63,793 bases of DNA, filler included, from Nemertoderma westbladi (GCA_032718475.1; 3 parts of 3 records of this genome joined end to end with filler, not necessarily neighbours in it), one strand, 5' to 3'. Positions 1-13,794 are shown, counted from the whole stretch's first letter. The notes: generated by a model from the letters alone, not told the origin. Translations and numbers: made by a program.

Positions 1-2303
1 GACGACGTCGTCCCACAGTCCCACCGCTGGCTGACTGGTTGCCATGCCGGTTGAACTCAAAATCGTAGGGCAGTTAGGGGACATCGTCCCGTCGCCAGTT
101 AAACTCTTAGGGGACATCGTCCCGTCGCCAGTTAAACTCCTAAGTCACAATAGATAAATCGTACCGGTAGATGATGCTGTTCCAAAAAATCGCAAAGGAT
201 AAACTATATGCGCCTGGATGGTTAAACTCGTATTCCAGTGGTCCTATGGTGGGGTGGTAGCTAATTTGTAGGCTGTTAGGTCAAGTCGCCTGCGAAATAT
301 TCTTAAGCATCAATTTTATATAATTATTAGTGCAGCAATGCAGCATGATCTGATACTTCTGTACTGTCTCTACCATTATTGCATATCGCCTGTGCCTTAT
401 ACGCCTGTGTAGGCCTAACTGCCTACATAGGCAATTGCAGATTGGTATACTTGTCGATCAGCTGGTAGGCCTATAATATGATTATTCATCCTATTTCCTG
501 CGATATTATCTAATTTCCTAGCTTTTAAGGTTTTTAGCTTTTTTCCTAGGAATTAATGTTAATGGCTAATTTCGCTTAAAGCCTGCAACATAACAGACAA
601 TAAATTCAGACAATGTATATTATTAACTAAAAATCCATTCAAGCTATGAATGAAACCTCTTTTCGATCAAATTTCCCGGGACTTCATCCACATAATATGA
701 GGGTGAAGCTGAAGATTCATGGATGTGAACAAAGATATTATCTTTGTTCACATCCATGAATCTCAATGTTTGACCCGCCCAATGTATTCTAGGTCCATTA
801 ATGTCCTATTTACAGATGACATGTTTATGTTTACATATAATCTGAAAAAACAAGTAAAGGCCCTTATTTATAACATGTTGGTAAATTTCACAATAGTTCC
901 ATCATGTGGCAATAAATTGTGAAAGATGGCGATTCCAGTTACTCTTCTATTCCAGTTTTTGTGGAGATTCCCTTTTGATGGAGAATCCGCATATACACAG
1001 CTCCAATTATGAAACCATTGAACTAGGCGATCTAATAAGAACAAGAATGCCAAGAACTACAAAACTACCTGCGTGTTACTACTTCTCTACTGTGTACAAT
1101 AATGAATATGAGTGCTCATACCCACTTATAGTAATCACTCATTGCGTTCGGTAGGCCTACTATCATTGCTATTTAAGTTGAAGGTTTGTTCGACTTACCA
1201 TAATAATAACTCATCCAGTTCTGTTTGAAATCTGGCCAAATTCTATCTAAAGCTGCAGAATTATAATGATACATCGAAGAAAAATTATCTTCCTTTTTCA
1301 TAGCTCGTAAAGTATAGCTGCAGTAATTAGTGCTTTCTTTATTATGAGGTTTAAATACAACAGCCATGTACGTTGATTTGTTGTAATTTGAACCATTCAA
1401 CATTAGAAACAATTCTGATATCATATTTTCTTCTTTGTCAAATCCAAGAGCAACTATAAAAAAATATAAATAAATATAGTGATTAGTAAAGAAGAGAAAT
1501 GTCCTACAAACGTCATCAATGTGGCTGAACCCCAAGATAAACTAAATCACTACTGGTCAGGCTTGCAATATGCACATTTTGAACTGTCATGCTGCCATTG
1601 TCGGTGTCAAGTCATGTCGTGCCACAACAATCTATGTGCTTACCATGTCATGTCATGGCAGGGAATTTCATAGCATGTAATGAATTTCATATGATGCAGA
1701 TGCTGATCTTAATACCTACTATCCACGAAGCTAAGGAAAATCAACTACTTTCACTAAAAAATATTTTCCTTAGCTGAGATGGTGTATTCATAGTTACTTG
1801 TATGGAGCAGATTTAGTGTTTTTTGATTCCAGAAAAATCTAGCCTTTAATAGTACCCTGAAATTTTGCATGTATATACTACTCATCAAGGCGCATCGTGT
1901 GGGATGGGTGTCATATCCAGGAAAATCTGGTTTCCATGGCAACGGACTTAGAAAAAAGTCTATGTATTTCAAGTCAATATTTATAACTCTATTTGTAGGA
2001 AAACTATAATAGATATAAACTTGGGTTTTCTCAACTCAACTATAAGGTTCATAGCTGAGCCGATTGAGGTTAAATAGAAAATACAGTTGCCTTGGCAACC
2101 GGGCTAAACAGATGTTAATATTTATAAAATGTTAATTTGAAGCCTAAGGTTAATGTGTTATGACTTGGGACCAACCCCTACCCCCACTATATAACTTATT
2201 CGGCGTCCGAATTTTATTGTTCTATTTTGCAGTTACTATGGCAACCGCTGAAAACAGATGTTTTTATACTAAAATATTCAGTTCATTTTACAAAAAAATA
2301 AAA

Positions 2304-2440
2304 AACTCGGTCGGCGCACATTTCACACACAAACATAGCGACACACATACAGACCACCCGTTCACAACAACTATTCTCTGGCGATGCAAGGACTGGCCAG
2401 ATAGGAAATTAGCAGAACACATACTGATAAATAGGAAAGC
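2304..2440 (+). mobile_element. Penelope-like element fragment (GIY-YIG 3' part)
   Basis: Near-identical direct copy of 8605-8741 (NSVGAHFTHKHSDTHTDHPF...RKLAEH). Confidence 0.85.
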
Positions 2441-2560
2441 GTGTTGCGTGAAAGCGTTAAAAGAGTGTTGCATTGTCCTGTTTTCACATATTGTTTATAA
2501 TCTGACTGAATTCCATCACACTCTGTTAACATTTAATTTAATTTAATTGATATCTATAAA

Positions 2561-3352
2561 ATGGCGCAGGAGTTTCTAGCTGCCAAGGATGAAATCGTCA
2601 GTATATTCAAATCGAAAAGTATCAATACGGACCAACAGCGAGTACTCAATGATAATTTAATGATCATGATGTCAATCTAAACTGATCTACAAGGTAAACT
2701 AGCCGACACCCAGCGCGAGACAATAAACGCAAAGGACGAATTACTTCGGGTTAAGTCGATACCAACGCGTACTATTTCCTATCCTACCGCCACTTCAAAC
2801 CTACCAATCGCAATCAGCAATGTACCGACTCCATCGCTGTCGACCGAAACCACAGGGACAAACAGCTCTGCTACTGCTCGCACCGGTCAGCCGGCGGTGT
2901 CCGGTCGGCCAGTTCTACAGCCTGCTGGCCCGGACTCTCGCCGCACCCATCCCACAATGATTCGAGGAAGCAAAGTGGGCGGGACGCTGAAAGTTACTGC
3001 ATATACTGCAGTGAGAAAAGCACACATCCACATTGGACGCCTCGACCCCTCAGTTAAGTCGGACGATGTTGCAAACTACTTAAAAAGTGAGAACATCGCC
3101 TTCGAAGAAGTGATACAAGTTCCCCCTCGACCAGACTCACCGTTTGTTAGTTTCCACGTTGTCTGCAACCAAGAACAGCGTGATTCAATTATGAATCCAA
3201 CAATTTGGGAAACGGGTATCAGCATTAGAAACTACCGGCTGAACGACGAAGAGAGGGTGCGCTTTAGTGGGCAGCCCGTATCCGTAGACAACAGCACACT
3301 GTCGTCCCCTTTGGGTTCAACTACAGGGGTGATTTCTTCCCCCTCCAATTAG
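2561..3352 (+). pseudogene. LINE ORF1 (coiled-coil plus RRM-like domain) with one premature stop
   Basis: ATG at 2561 is in frame with listed ORF 2897-3352, with a TAA at 2678-2680. The C-terminal HIGRLDP...SFHV...IWETGISIRNY resembles LINE ORF1 RRM domains. Confidence 0.7.
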
Positions 3353-3419
3353 GAGAATATGAAACTGACTCATTGTGTTTGGGACCGTCATCCACAAAGG
3401 GGCTGCCAACCATCCCGAG

Positions 3420-4570
3420 TCCATCGACCTCCCTGGGTCCGGTGACTTCCATGGGTCCGTGGACCCTCCCAGGCCCGGCGACCTCCCCGGGTCCAGTGAC
3501 CTCCCCAGGTCCGGCGACCTCCCCGTGTCCGGCGATCCCCCCGGTTCCGGCGACCTCCCCGTGTCCGGCGCCCTCCCTGGGACCGGCGACCTCCCCGGGT
3601 CCGGCGACCTCCCCGTGTCCGGCGATCCCCCCGGTTCCGGCGACCTCCCCGTGCCCGGCGCCCTCCCCGGTACCGGCGACCTCCCCGGGTCCGGCGACCT
3701 CCCCGTGTCCGGCGATCTCCCCCGGTCCGGCAACCTCCCTGGGTCCGGCGACCTTCCCGGGTCCGGCGACCTCCCCAGGCCCAGCGACCTCCCCGGGTCC
3801 GGCGATCTCCCTGGGCCCGGCGACCTCCCCGGGTCCAGTGACCTCCTCGGGTCCGGCGACCTCCCTGTGTCCGGCAATCCCCCCGGGTCCGGCGACCTCC
3901 CCGGGTCCGGCGACCTTCCCGGGTCCGGCAACCTCCCCGGGTCCGGCAACCTTCCCGGGTCCAGCGACCTCCCTGAATCCGACGACCTCCCTGGGTCCGG
4001 CGACCTCCCCGGGTCCGGCGACCTCCCTGGGTCCGGCGACCTCCCCGGGTCCAGTGACCTCCCCGGGTCCGGCGACCTCCCCGTGTCCGGCAATCCCCCC
4101 GGTTCCGGCGACCTCCCCGTGTCTGGCGCCCTCCCCGGGACCGGCGACCTCCCCGCCCCCGGGTCCGGCGACCTCCCCGTGTCCGGCGATCCCCCCGGTT
4201 CCGGCGACCTCCCCAGGCCCAGCGACCTCCCCGGGTCCGGCGATCTCCCTAGGCCCGGCGACCTCCCCGGGTCCAGTGACCTCCTTGGGTCCGGCGACCT
4301 CCCTGTGTCCGGCGATCCCCCCGGGTCTGGCGACCTTCCCGGGTCCGGCAACCTCCCCGGGTCCGGCGATCCCCCCGGGTCCGGCGACCTCCCCGGGTCC
4401 GGCAACCTTCCCGGGTCCAGCGACCTCCCTGGGTCCGGCGACCTTCCCGGGTCCGGCGACCTCCCCGGGTCCGGCGACCTCCCCGGGTCCAGCGACCTCC
4501 CTGGGTCCGGCGACCTCCCCGGGTCCGGCGACCTCCCCAGGTCCGGCGTCCTCCCCGGGTCCGGCGACCC
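3420..4570. repeat. GC-rich 18-bp minisatellite (CCGGGTCCGGCGACCTCC)n, about 60+ units
   Basis: Directly visible. It reads PATSPG in the ORF2 frame. Confidence 0.95.
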
Positions 4571-5789
4571 TCAAACTTTCAAAATTCTCACTGTTATTAT
4601 GTAATGTAGAAGGGCTACGTTCCGTGATAAACCTATCCCATAGGAACTTAGTCTTTAATTCCGACATTCTACTCATGACCGAAACAATGCTCTTGGAGCC
4701 GCTGTCTATCCCAGATATATACACCTATGACTCATTGGGCGCAAAACATGAACGCAGCCGCCCCAGTGGAGGAATAACAGTGGCAATAAAACCCTTCCTC
4801 AACCCCAAGCAAATCATCTCTAGCAAGTCATATGTCTTACAATAAACCGACGCCGGCATATTTGGGTGTTGTTACATACCTCCGACTACACCGCTGATAG
4901 ACTTTATTGAGCTGATCTCAGAACTGCTTGATAATATTCCACAACATTATGCTGGTAATATTTTCATTGGGGGAGATTATAACGCGAGACTTGACAGAGG
5001 TATCGAAAACAATAATAAAGCTACTGCACTGCTTGAATTAATGGAAGACTCAGGATTATCCCTCGAGACAGACACCAATGAGCCAACTTACATCTGCCAT
5101 AATGGGAGCAGCACAATCGACGCAATTTTCTCAAATAAAACGCCGTATTCTGTATGCTATCAACCCAGTTGTATCCGTAAACACGTTCCCATTATCTGTG
5201 TATGGGAGAGCGATCTAATCCGGCCCCTCGCCCATTCCGGAAAAGTGGATCCTGCCAGGAAACTGACTCTAGACCCAGCTGAACTCGAATCGGACGACCG
5301 TCTGATTGAAGCAGGCAACTATCTCCAACAAGGTGATATCGGCCGAGCTTACGACAAACTAACTATGGCCATGCGCGAAGCCGCACCGTTGATTCAAATT
5401 AGGGACTGAACGGCAAAACCATGGTTCGATTCCCTATGTTATTCGAAACGCAAAGAAGTCATTTCGTTAAACTTATGCGCAAAGACAAATACGATTCTTC
5501 GAGAGTCCCTCTGCCATGCAAAAAGAGAGTACAAACAACTACTGAACATGAAACGAAATGAATATTTACGTATCAAGGAGATAAAGCTGCTAGCAGATGC
5601 AGAAAACAAACCTCATTGCTGGATCAAACAGAAATATGGACCTACTAGTTGTCCGATCCCCCTGGAGACATGGGAAAATCACTTTGCAAAAATATTATCC
5701 ACGAACCCTAACCACAAGATCGATTCAAGTACCAATCTAGATGACGGGTCACAATCCGGGACTGCTAACAACCTTACAAATACTATTAC

Positions 5790-6040
5790 CATCCCCGGGT
5801 CCGGCGACCTTCCCAGGTCCGGCGACCTCCCCTTGTCCGGACAGCTCCCCGGGTCCGGCGACCTCCCCGGGTCCGGCGACCTCCCCGGGTCCGGCGACCT
5901 CCCCGGGTCCGGCGACCTCCCCGGGTCCGGCGACCTCCCCGGGTCCGGCGACCTTCCCGGGTATGGCGACCTTCCTGGGTCCGGCGACCTAACCGGGCCC
6001 GGCAACCTCCCTGGGTCTGGCGACCTCCCCGGGTCCAGCA
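5790..6040. repeat. Second array of the same 18-bp minisatellite, about 13 units
   Basis: Same unit. It reads GSGDLP in the ORF2 frame, between endonuclease and RT. Confidence 0.95.
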
Positions 6041-7575
6041 ACATTCCGTTGTTCACACCCGAGGAAATAGAGTCAGTGATTAAAGGAAAGAAACCGGGAA
6101 AATCTGGATGATCCCTCCCAGCTGCAGTCATTCTCCTCTGGACCACTCTATTTAATATTTGCCTGTCCACCGGAAACCTGGTTAACTGTTGGAAGTTAAG
6201 TATTATGATGGTATTATACAAAGGCAAAGACTCCCGTTTGGACCCTAACTCATATAGGGGAATCTCGTTGCTATGCAACGCATTCAAAATACAAACTAGT
6301 TTAATTGAAAAGCGCCTACATCCCCTGGTATCACACCGTATTCCTCCCGAGCAATTTGGCTTCATGCCGGGGAAGTCCACGTCCATACCGATTGCCCAGC
6401 TTATAAACCGCATATACCAAAATCTCTCAACACCTAAGAAGCCACTCTACGCTGTCTATGTAGACATTAAGAAAGCGTTCGACTCTGTACCTCGCTCTAG
6501 GCTACTGTTCAAGCTCCGAAATTCCTTTCATATTAGCGGTAATCTGTATAAAATTATTGAATCTATATTACGCGTAAACTACATACAATTATTCGATGGC
6601 ATCCGAAAATCAAAAATAGTACAGCAGACACGAGGAGTGCTTCAAGGGGACAGCCTCAGCACCCTGCTCTTCATTTTATTTATTTACGATATTGTCGATT
6701 TTATAAAGCGCGCAGTCTTCCGTATTGGCGAACTCATAGTATTACTATTCGCGGATGACCTCCTATTTTACGGCGATTCCCGTGAAGCCATCCAGGCTGG
6801 GCTCAACGCAGTGGCCGAATGGTCTGCAGAAAATGGTCTAGATGTCAACCTGTCCAAAACCAAAGTGATGAAGTTTCGACGTGGAGGGCGACTTAGCAAA
6901 GAAGATAAATTTACATTTAATGGACAACCACTGGAATTAGTAAACTGATATAAATATCTCGGGGTAACTCTTCAAACAAAGTTATCTTTTACAAAGCACA
7001 TCACCTGTATAACATGTAAAGCGATATCAGTAATCCAATCAATCAACAAACCATATCTCCTTTCTCTACCCTGTGCAATAAAACTGTTTAAATTGAAAAT
7101 TGTTCCCGTAGTTTTATACAGCTTACGTGAAATTTGGCCTTTCATAACTGCAACGAACTTGGAATTTATAGATAAAATCAAATCAACCTATCTTAAGAAA
7201 GTTCTAGGTCTCCATAAGTCCACAAGGAACCAGCTAGTGCTCGCATTGCATTATGCAACGAACGCACCCTCATTTGCGATATCGTTTCACAGCTTCATCT
7301 CACTGCCACACCCGAGTTCATTATATATACTAATAGAGTCGATATTAAGCATCAAGAAATTCCCCCCGCGTTTTGGTCTTGCATTGGGTTTAGTAACCGA
7401 AACTGGTGCAACTCCAACAACCCGAATCGACACGTTACAACTAGATACAGTGTTCATGGTTTTCACCACCGGATCTGTCAGAACAAGCAATTCCACCAAG
7501 CAAACTCATCCTGTATCTTGATTCTGTAATGTGTAGGGCTGGGAGACCTCAAGTGACAAAATAAAACAACCGTTT

Positions 7576-7610
7576 TAGCTAGCTTTCACCCACAGGGCTT
7601 CTTCAGGCTA
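7576..7610 (-). ncRNA. Minimal hammerhead ribozyme in the inverted pLTR
   Basis: Reverse complement of 9171-9205. Confidence 0.7.
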
Positions 7611-8046
7611 GATGGGTACTACGTATTTACCGAAAAACTGCACGCACTGACTGAATGGCCGGTACCGGTTTCGAGGCTACATTACAAATGTTGTTGGGTC
7701 AAATATTCCTTGTATTCCTATCTACTGTATTCCTATCTACTGTATAGAGCTAATCATAATGATATGTAACCAAATAATTATAGTTTTAATGTACTAGCAC
7801 CAAAAATCCTAAACTAATGTATAGAGCAAAAATAATATATAATATAAATAATACATGTCACGAAATAATTGATTTAAATGTACTAGCACCACAAATGTCT
7901 AATTATAATTTTGATGTAAAATAATTAGATAAATAATATAAATAAATTTATACGAGTGTAAAAAATGGGGATGTAAAAACATTATTTAATAATACAAAAT
8001 TACAACAATATCCTACCAACCTGTATCGTATTCAGTTGCATACTGT

Positions 8047-8790
8047 TGCTCACCCCCAAACCATTATCTTAAACGTAGCTAGGAGTACCATTATACGAGC
8101 CATTAATAACAGTACCACAGCTGCAGGCGTAAACAGGAGTCTGGAGAAAGTTAGACAGAGGCTGGCAAACAATGACTACCCATTTGACAATATTAATAAA
8201 CTTATTACACAAATTAAACACCCCCGCATACATACACGAATACACCCCCTACCACAATATATACAACCCTTGGTTCTACCTTACATTAATGAAAACATAC
8301 TGAGACAAGTAAAAGCCGCAGTCCAAAATTCTCCATACGCACATACAACACGCATTGTCTCATCCACCGGCCCTAAGCTACGTAATATACTTACACGGTC
8401 TTCACTCAGCAACCCAAGGTGTCCCGCATTACCCAACACATTACATGTCACCATGGTATTAAGAACTGCATCAGGAAAAATATCGTATATCATGTCAAAT
8501 GCAACATATGTCCTGAGGACTATATAGGGGAAACTGTCGGACCCTTCAGGGGGCGCATCATGCAGCATCGCAACGCCATCCGTAACCGTAACAGAAAGAA
8601 AGATAACTCGGTCGGCGCACATTTCACACACAAACATAGCGACACACATACAGACCACCCATTCACAACAACAATTCTCCGGCGATGCAAGGACTGGCCA
8701 GATAGGAAATTAGCGGAACACGTACTGATAAATAGGAAAGCACCCTCCATGAACACACAGTACGCAACTGAATACGATACAGGTTGGTAG
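8047..8790 (+). pseudogene. Penelope RT C-terminus plus GIY-YIG endonuclease (frameshifted)
   Basis: NIVYHVKCNICPEDYIGET...RIMQH...VGAH...RKLAE...PSMN. Frameshift between listed ORFs 8036 and 8419. Confidence 0.88.
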
Positions 8791-9170
8791 GAAATTGTTG
8801 TAATTTTGTATTATTAAATAATGTTTTTACAACCCCATTTTTTACACTCGTATAAATTTATTGACATCAAAATTATAATTAGACATTTGTGGTGCTAGTA
8901 CATTTAAATCAATTATTTCGTGACATGTATTATTTAGATTATTTATTATTTTTGCTCTATACATTAGTTGAGGATTTTTGGTGCTAGTACATTAAAACTA
9001 TAATTATTTGGTCACATATCATTATGATTAGCTCTATACAGTAGATAGGAATACAGTAGATAGGAATACAAGGAATATTTGACCCAACAACATTTGTAAT
9101 GTAGCCTCGAAACCGGTACCGGTCATTCAGTCAGTGCGTGCAGTTTTTCGGTAAATACGTAGTACCCAAC

Positions 9171-9205
9171 TAGCCTGAAGAAGCCCTGTGGGTGAAAGCT
9201 AGCTA
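9171..9205 (+). ncRNA. Minimal type I hammerhead ribozyme in the Penelope pLTR
   Basis: TAGC-CTGAAGA(A)-GCCC tgt GGGT-GAAA-GC-T-A-GCTA: stem I TAGC/GCTA, stem II, and a palindromic AGCT in place of stem III. This matches the minimalist HHR known from PLEs. Confidence 0.75.
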
Positions 9206-12200
9206 AAACTGTTGTTTTATTTTGTCACTTGAGGTCTCCCAGCCCTACATATTACAGAATCATTTTATACAAAAATTACTCATTTCGACATAGACTTCGC
9301 GATAAAATTTTACAAAACTGGGTATGTGTTATCTTGACCACTAGTTGGAACTTTTAGTGAAACTCAAATCATTCCAGAAATATACAGTTACCATGGTAAC
9401 TGTAGTTTATTAAAGTCTATATCATTCAAGTCTATTCATTTTTTTCATTTCATCATCCGGAATTTTTATATCTATATTCACAACTCTATTTGTAGCAAAA
9501 CCGCAATAGATATAAACTTGGGGTTTTGCAACTCATCTATAAGGTCCATATCCAAGCCGTTTGAGGTTAATTAGAAAATCCAGTTACCATAGCAACCAGA
9601 CTAAACAGATGTTAAAATTTATAAAATGATAATTTGAAGTACAAGTTAATAGTATTATGACTTGCGACCAACACACACCCACTATATGACTTATTCTGCA
9701 TCCGAATTAATTGTTCTATTTTTCAGTTTCCATGACAACCACTGTGTAAACAGATGCATTTTGATAGAAAAACGTTAATTTGGACATAAACTTCAATATT
9801 TTCTGAAACTCGGTATATGTGTTATCTGAACCACAATCTGGACTTAATCTTTTTTCAAATGTTAAACCAACAGTTCCAGAGAACTCTAATTTCCATGGGA
9901 ACAGAAGTTAATTATTGGCAAATGTTACTAAACTAGGCTAAGCAACGAACCAAAGTGTGGCCGTTTGTTTAATGTTCCTTAGCTTCGTGGTTGCATTTCC
10001 TTTAGAAAATGCCTTTCTAGTACAAATTGAATAGCTCCAGTAGTTTTCGAGAAATAAGTCTACAGGGCCAAGGGAAATCAACTACTTTCCCAAAGAAAGA
10101 TTTTCCTTAGCTGAGATGGTGTATTCATACTGGGTTATTTTATTATTTGAATATATATATATATATAATTTGATTCTTCTATTTTGCAGTTACCATGACA
10201 ACCGCTGAAAACAGATGTTTTCATACTCATTTGGACATAGACTTCGCAATAAAAGATTACGAAACTGGCTATGTGATATCTGGACCACTGGTTTGAAATT
10301 TTAGTAAAACTCAAAACTTTCCAGAAATATCTAGTTACCGTCGTAACTGGAGTTTATTAAAGACTATATCATTCAAGTCTATATTCATAACTATATTTGT
10401 AACAAAACTGCAATATATAGAAACTTGGGGTTTTTCAACGCAATGATAAGGACAATAGTCGAGCCGATCGAGGTTAATTAGAAAATCCAGTTACCGGGGC
10501 AACCAGGCTAAACAGATGTTCAAATTTATAAAATGGTTATTTGAAACATAACTTTAAGGTATTATGACTTGGGACCAATCCCTACCCCCACTATATCACT
10601 AATCAACCACTACAATCAGACGTTTTAACAATTAAATCCTTAGTTTTGCACATTAATAACTCAATGAAACTGAATTGAAGTATATGTCACCTGGAACCAC
10701 AAACCGGATCTTAACCCTATTAAAGGGTTAAGGGGGGGGGGGGGGGGTCAATATTACCCCCCACCCACCGAGGTTTTTTTGTTATAACTCTGAAACAAAC
10801 GCAGTGGGGAATCTGAAATTTTATGACTTTTCCTAAAAATCTATTGCTTTCCTAATAGTGAAAACCGTTTTCAAAAATATTGGGAACTTTTCGAGTTATA
10901 GCACCATTTTTTAACCCTACTTCTGGCTCTTCTTTTGAGACGTTTTTTGAAAATTACATTTCATGAAATTTGATTTGTAACATCTCTATTTTTAATTTAC
11001 ACCGGTTTTTTGGTGTTTGCAATTATATATATAAATTAATTTAGAAATTTCAAACTTGTTTTTTAGGCGTGCGCCAAATTTTGGTGCCAGCACCAAATTG
11101 TGAAAAATGTAAATATTTTGTAAATTGATTGTTTGAACCTGTTTTTTGCGTAATAGGGGTTTGTTGGGGTTCGTTCTGATTACGATGGAATATATACGTG
11201 TTGCACCTGGCGTATCAAACTTGTATTTTTTGTTGCTGTATGCAAAATTTTGTGCCAGCACGAAATTTTGAAAATATATTCAATAGTTAAACTGCTTGTG
11301 ACAACTTATTTCCCCCGTTTAGATGTTTAAGACGTTTCTGAATTCAATGGAATAAATAATTTATCTAACTAGAAATCTCAAACTTGTATTTTTCGGAAGT
11401 GGGTGCAAAATTTGGTGCTAGCACCAAATTTTGAAAACTATCAAGTACATCAATTGATTGTGTCTCCTTGTTTCTTGCGTTATACGGGTTTGTGCGGGGT
11501 CTGAATTCAATAGAATAAGTAAAAATTGCATAATAGTTTTCAAACTTGTATTTTTTGTCAGTGGGTGAAAATTGTTGTGCGCCAGCACCAAATTTTTGAA
11601 AATAAGCAAATTGATCAATAGATAGTATCAACTTGTTTCTTGCGTTATACGGGTTTATGACGGTTCTGAATCCGATGGAATCAATAAAAACAGCACTGGA
11701 CATCTCAAACTTGTACTTTTTGGTGATGGGTACAAAATTTGAAGCAAGCACCAAAATTTGGCATATTGCGCCGAAATATACGTGTGTAGCAATGATCTGG
11801 CAAATTAGAAATGGTATACAGACGTTTCGGCCTAGGACGTTTCGGTCCAGGACGTTTCGGCCCGGACATTTCGGCCCGGACGATTCGGCCCGGACGTTTC
11901 GGCCCGTGACTGTAACCGAATGAAAAGGCCAACTTGTTTGATATGATAATAATTATTCATTAAAATTATAATTATGTCACAATAACATACAAACACTTAA
12001 TGAAATATCTTTCATGAAATGGATATTTAATTTATTTCAATCAAAATAAAATAAACATTATGCATGTGGTGCTCTGCCCCATTATGTTTTGCGGCCGAGA
12101 AAATGCAAGTCAGAACAAAACGTTTGGTACCGAGTACCACATTGCTAATAAACTACTAAAGCGAATCAATTTCACGAACCATTTAGCGCTTAAATCTCGT

Positions 12201-13794
12201 CTGATCGATATATTTTGGAGATACTTCATTAGTTTAAACATTACTCAATTGATAATTCTTGTAGCTGGACAATGTGTTGCAGCTATGTCTTAATGATCTG
12301 TTGAAACAATAACTCTCATCTCGATGATAGATGATTTATACCCATTTTCGTTTCGAGCGAATCCGTCCGATGGTTTTCGAGTTGGGCCCAATGGAACGTT
12401 TTAGAAATTTGAATTTCCCGCCAAACGCTACAGCCAAGCTACAGCCAAACTGGCAATAGATGGAGACTAGCGGCCAACGGGATCGCGTAGGGGGTATAGA
12501 TGTTAGTCCAGCTCATTCTTTTTTTGGAACGACTCGACCTATAGGGGCCGATCGGTAGCTGATCGAACACGATCTTTACGATCTTTGGCGAAATACGACC
12601 GGAAGGAGTGGGAATTTGAGAAAAGTTTGAAAGTAGAAAACGTTCCTCACCCCCGAATTATCCTAGACGGACCCGATAAAAATTTGAAAAAAATTAATTC
12701 TAGGGGGTCTACGGGGCCAACGAAGCATTCCGATTGGACGATATTATTTTCGCCTATTACTACGGGAAGGAACGGTTTTAAGTTTAAACATGTACAAGAG
12801 ATATGGTCGGGAAGCTCGAGCTCTATCCAACGGAAGCGGTCCTAGGATCGTAAATTAAGAAGTTCTAGAGATATAGAGGAAAATTAACGAGTCATTAAAA
12901 AATGCAGTAATTAGCAATTAGCGCTAATTAAGAGAGAATTAATTAATCGAATCTCGAAATTAACGGTGCCAATGTGAAACAACGAGAGGAGCTCGCCAAT
13001 TTTTTAAATTTTCGAAAAGACCCAGCGGAAGCCGAGATAAATGGATTTTCGTAAAATTGGGGTCCCGACCACCTAGTCAAATATTGGAGGCGAATCACCA
13101 CCTTTGCGAAATAGGCGAAAATATACCGAAAAAGCAAAACGAGCGATACTGATTTAAAATTCGAAACTTTTTGGTCGATACGGGTTCGCTAGTGGACGAT
13201 ATACACTATTTTAGTCAATTTATCCAAAAGGGTCTTTCTTATGATCTTTGATCATGATCTTTATGATCTTTGGCCTAAAGCATGGAATAAGAGTATTTTT
13301 ATATTAAATTGTAATTCGTACATTATAAGCAAAGTCTATGGGGACATTTTCAGACATCCTGTAAAATTTATCTTTGAAATTTAAATCATTTGTTCACCCA
13401 GCCATGCAAAGGCTGGGTGAACCACCAAAATATTAAGCGATGAAATCCGCAAAGCCTTTAAATACATTATAGGGTGGTGGGTGGGGCTAGTGGTTAGTGT
13501 TTATACATAGTTAGGTAATGATTGTATATATAGCGAGTTGTTAAAAAAGGGAATGGATATAACTTTATGTTACAAAAGACTATGAATGTAGATCTATCGA
13601 GTTACGAATATACACCATCGCCACCTTTTAGCGTAGCGTAGGGGAGGAATACAATTAGTTGGAATCTATGTACGGGGAATATAGCGGAACAACTATGTAC
13701 GAGATACTTCTTCGACTAATAGAACAATAACTATAGCTCTTTAAACTAATTCTAGAACTACATTTACCTACTAAAAAAACAATTAAATATAAAT

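Larger units (their letters stand above)
2441..7518 (+). mobile_element. Non-LTR retrotransposon (LINE, APE-RT type, RTE-X/L2-group-like), near full length, 3' end cut by a Penelope pLTR
   Basis: 5' UTR, then ORF1 and ORF2. ORF2 has APE motifs (CNVEGL, LMTET, RPSGG, GGDYN, SSTIDA) and RT motifs (YRGISL, QFGF, KKAFDSV, GVLQGDSLS, FADD, KYLG). Confidence 0.9.
3373..7518 (+). pseudogene. LINE ORF2 (repeat extension, AP endonuclease, reverse transcriptase), inactivated
   Basis: Listed ORFs 3373, 5041, 5548, 6205 and 7093 share one frame, broken by stops at 4843, 5407, 6109 and 6946. A probable frameshift lies near the 3' end. Confidence 0.85.
7519..9262 (+). mobile_element. 5'-truncated Penelope-like element with inverted pLTR copy (arms 7519-8046 and 8757-9262)
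   Basis: About 510-bp near-perfect inverted repeat flanks the RT C-terminus and GIY-YIG coding sequence, a typical PLE inversion structure. Confidence 0.9.

Noticed and set aside
719-1777. Cluster of short ORFs
   Set aside because: No recognisable motifs, and lengths are compatible with chance.
3317-4724. Long collagen-like or antifreeze-like ORFs on both strands (GPGEVA, PDPGRS, GSGDLP)
   Set aside because: By-products of a stop-free 18-bp repeat. Only the frame continuing into the APE domain has independent support.
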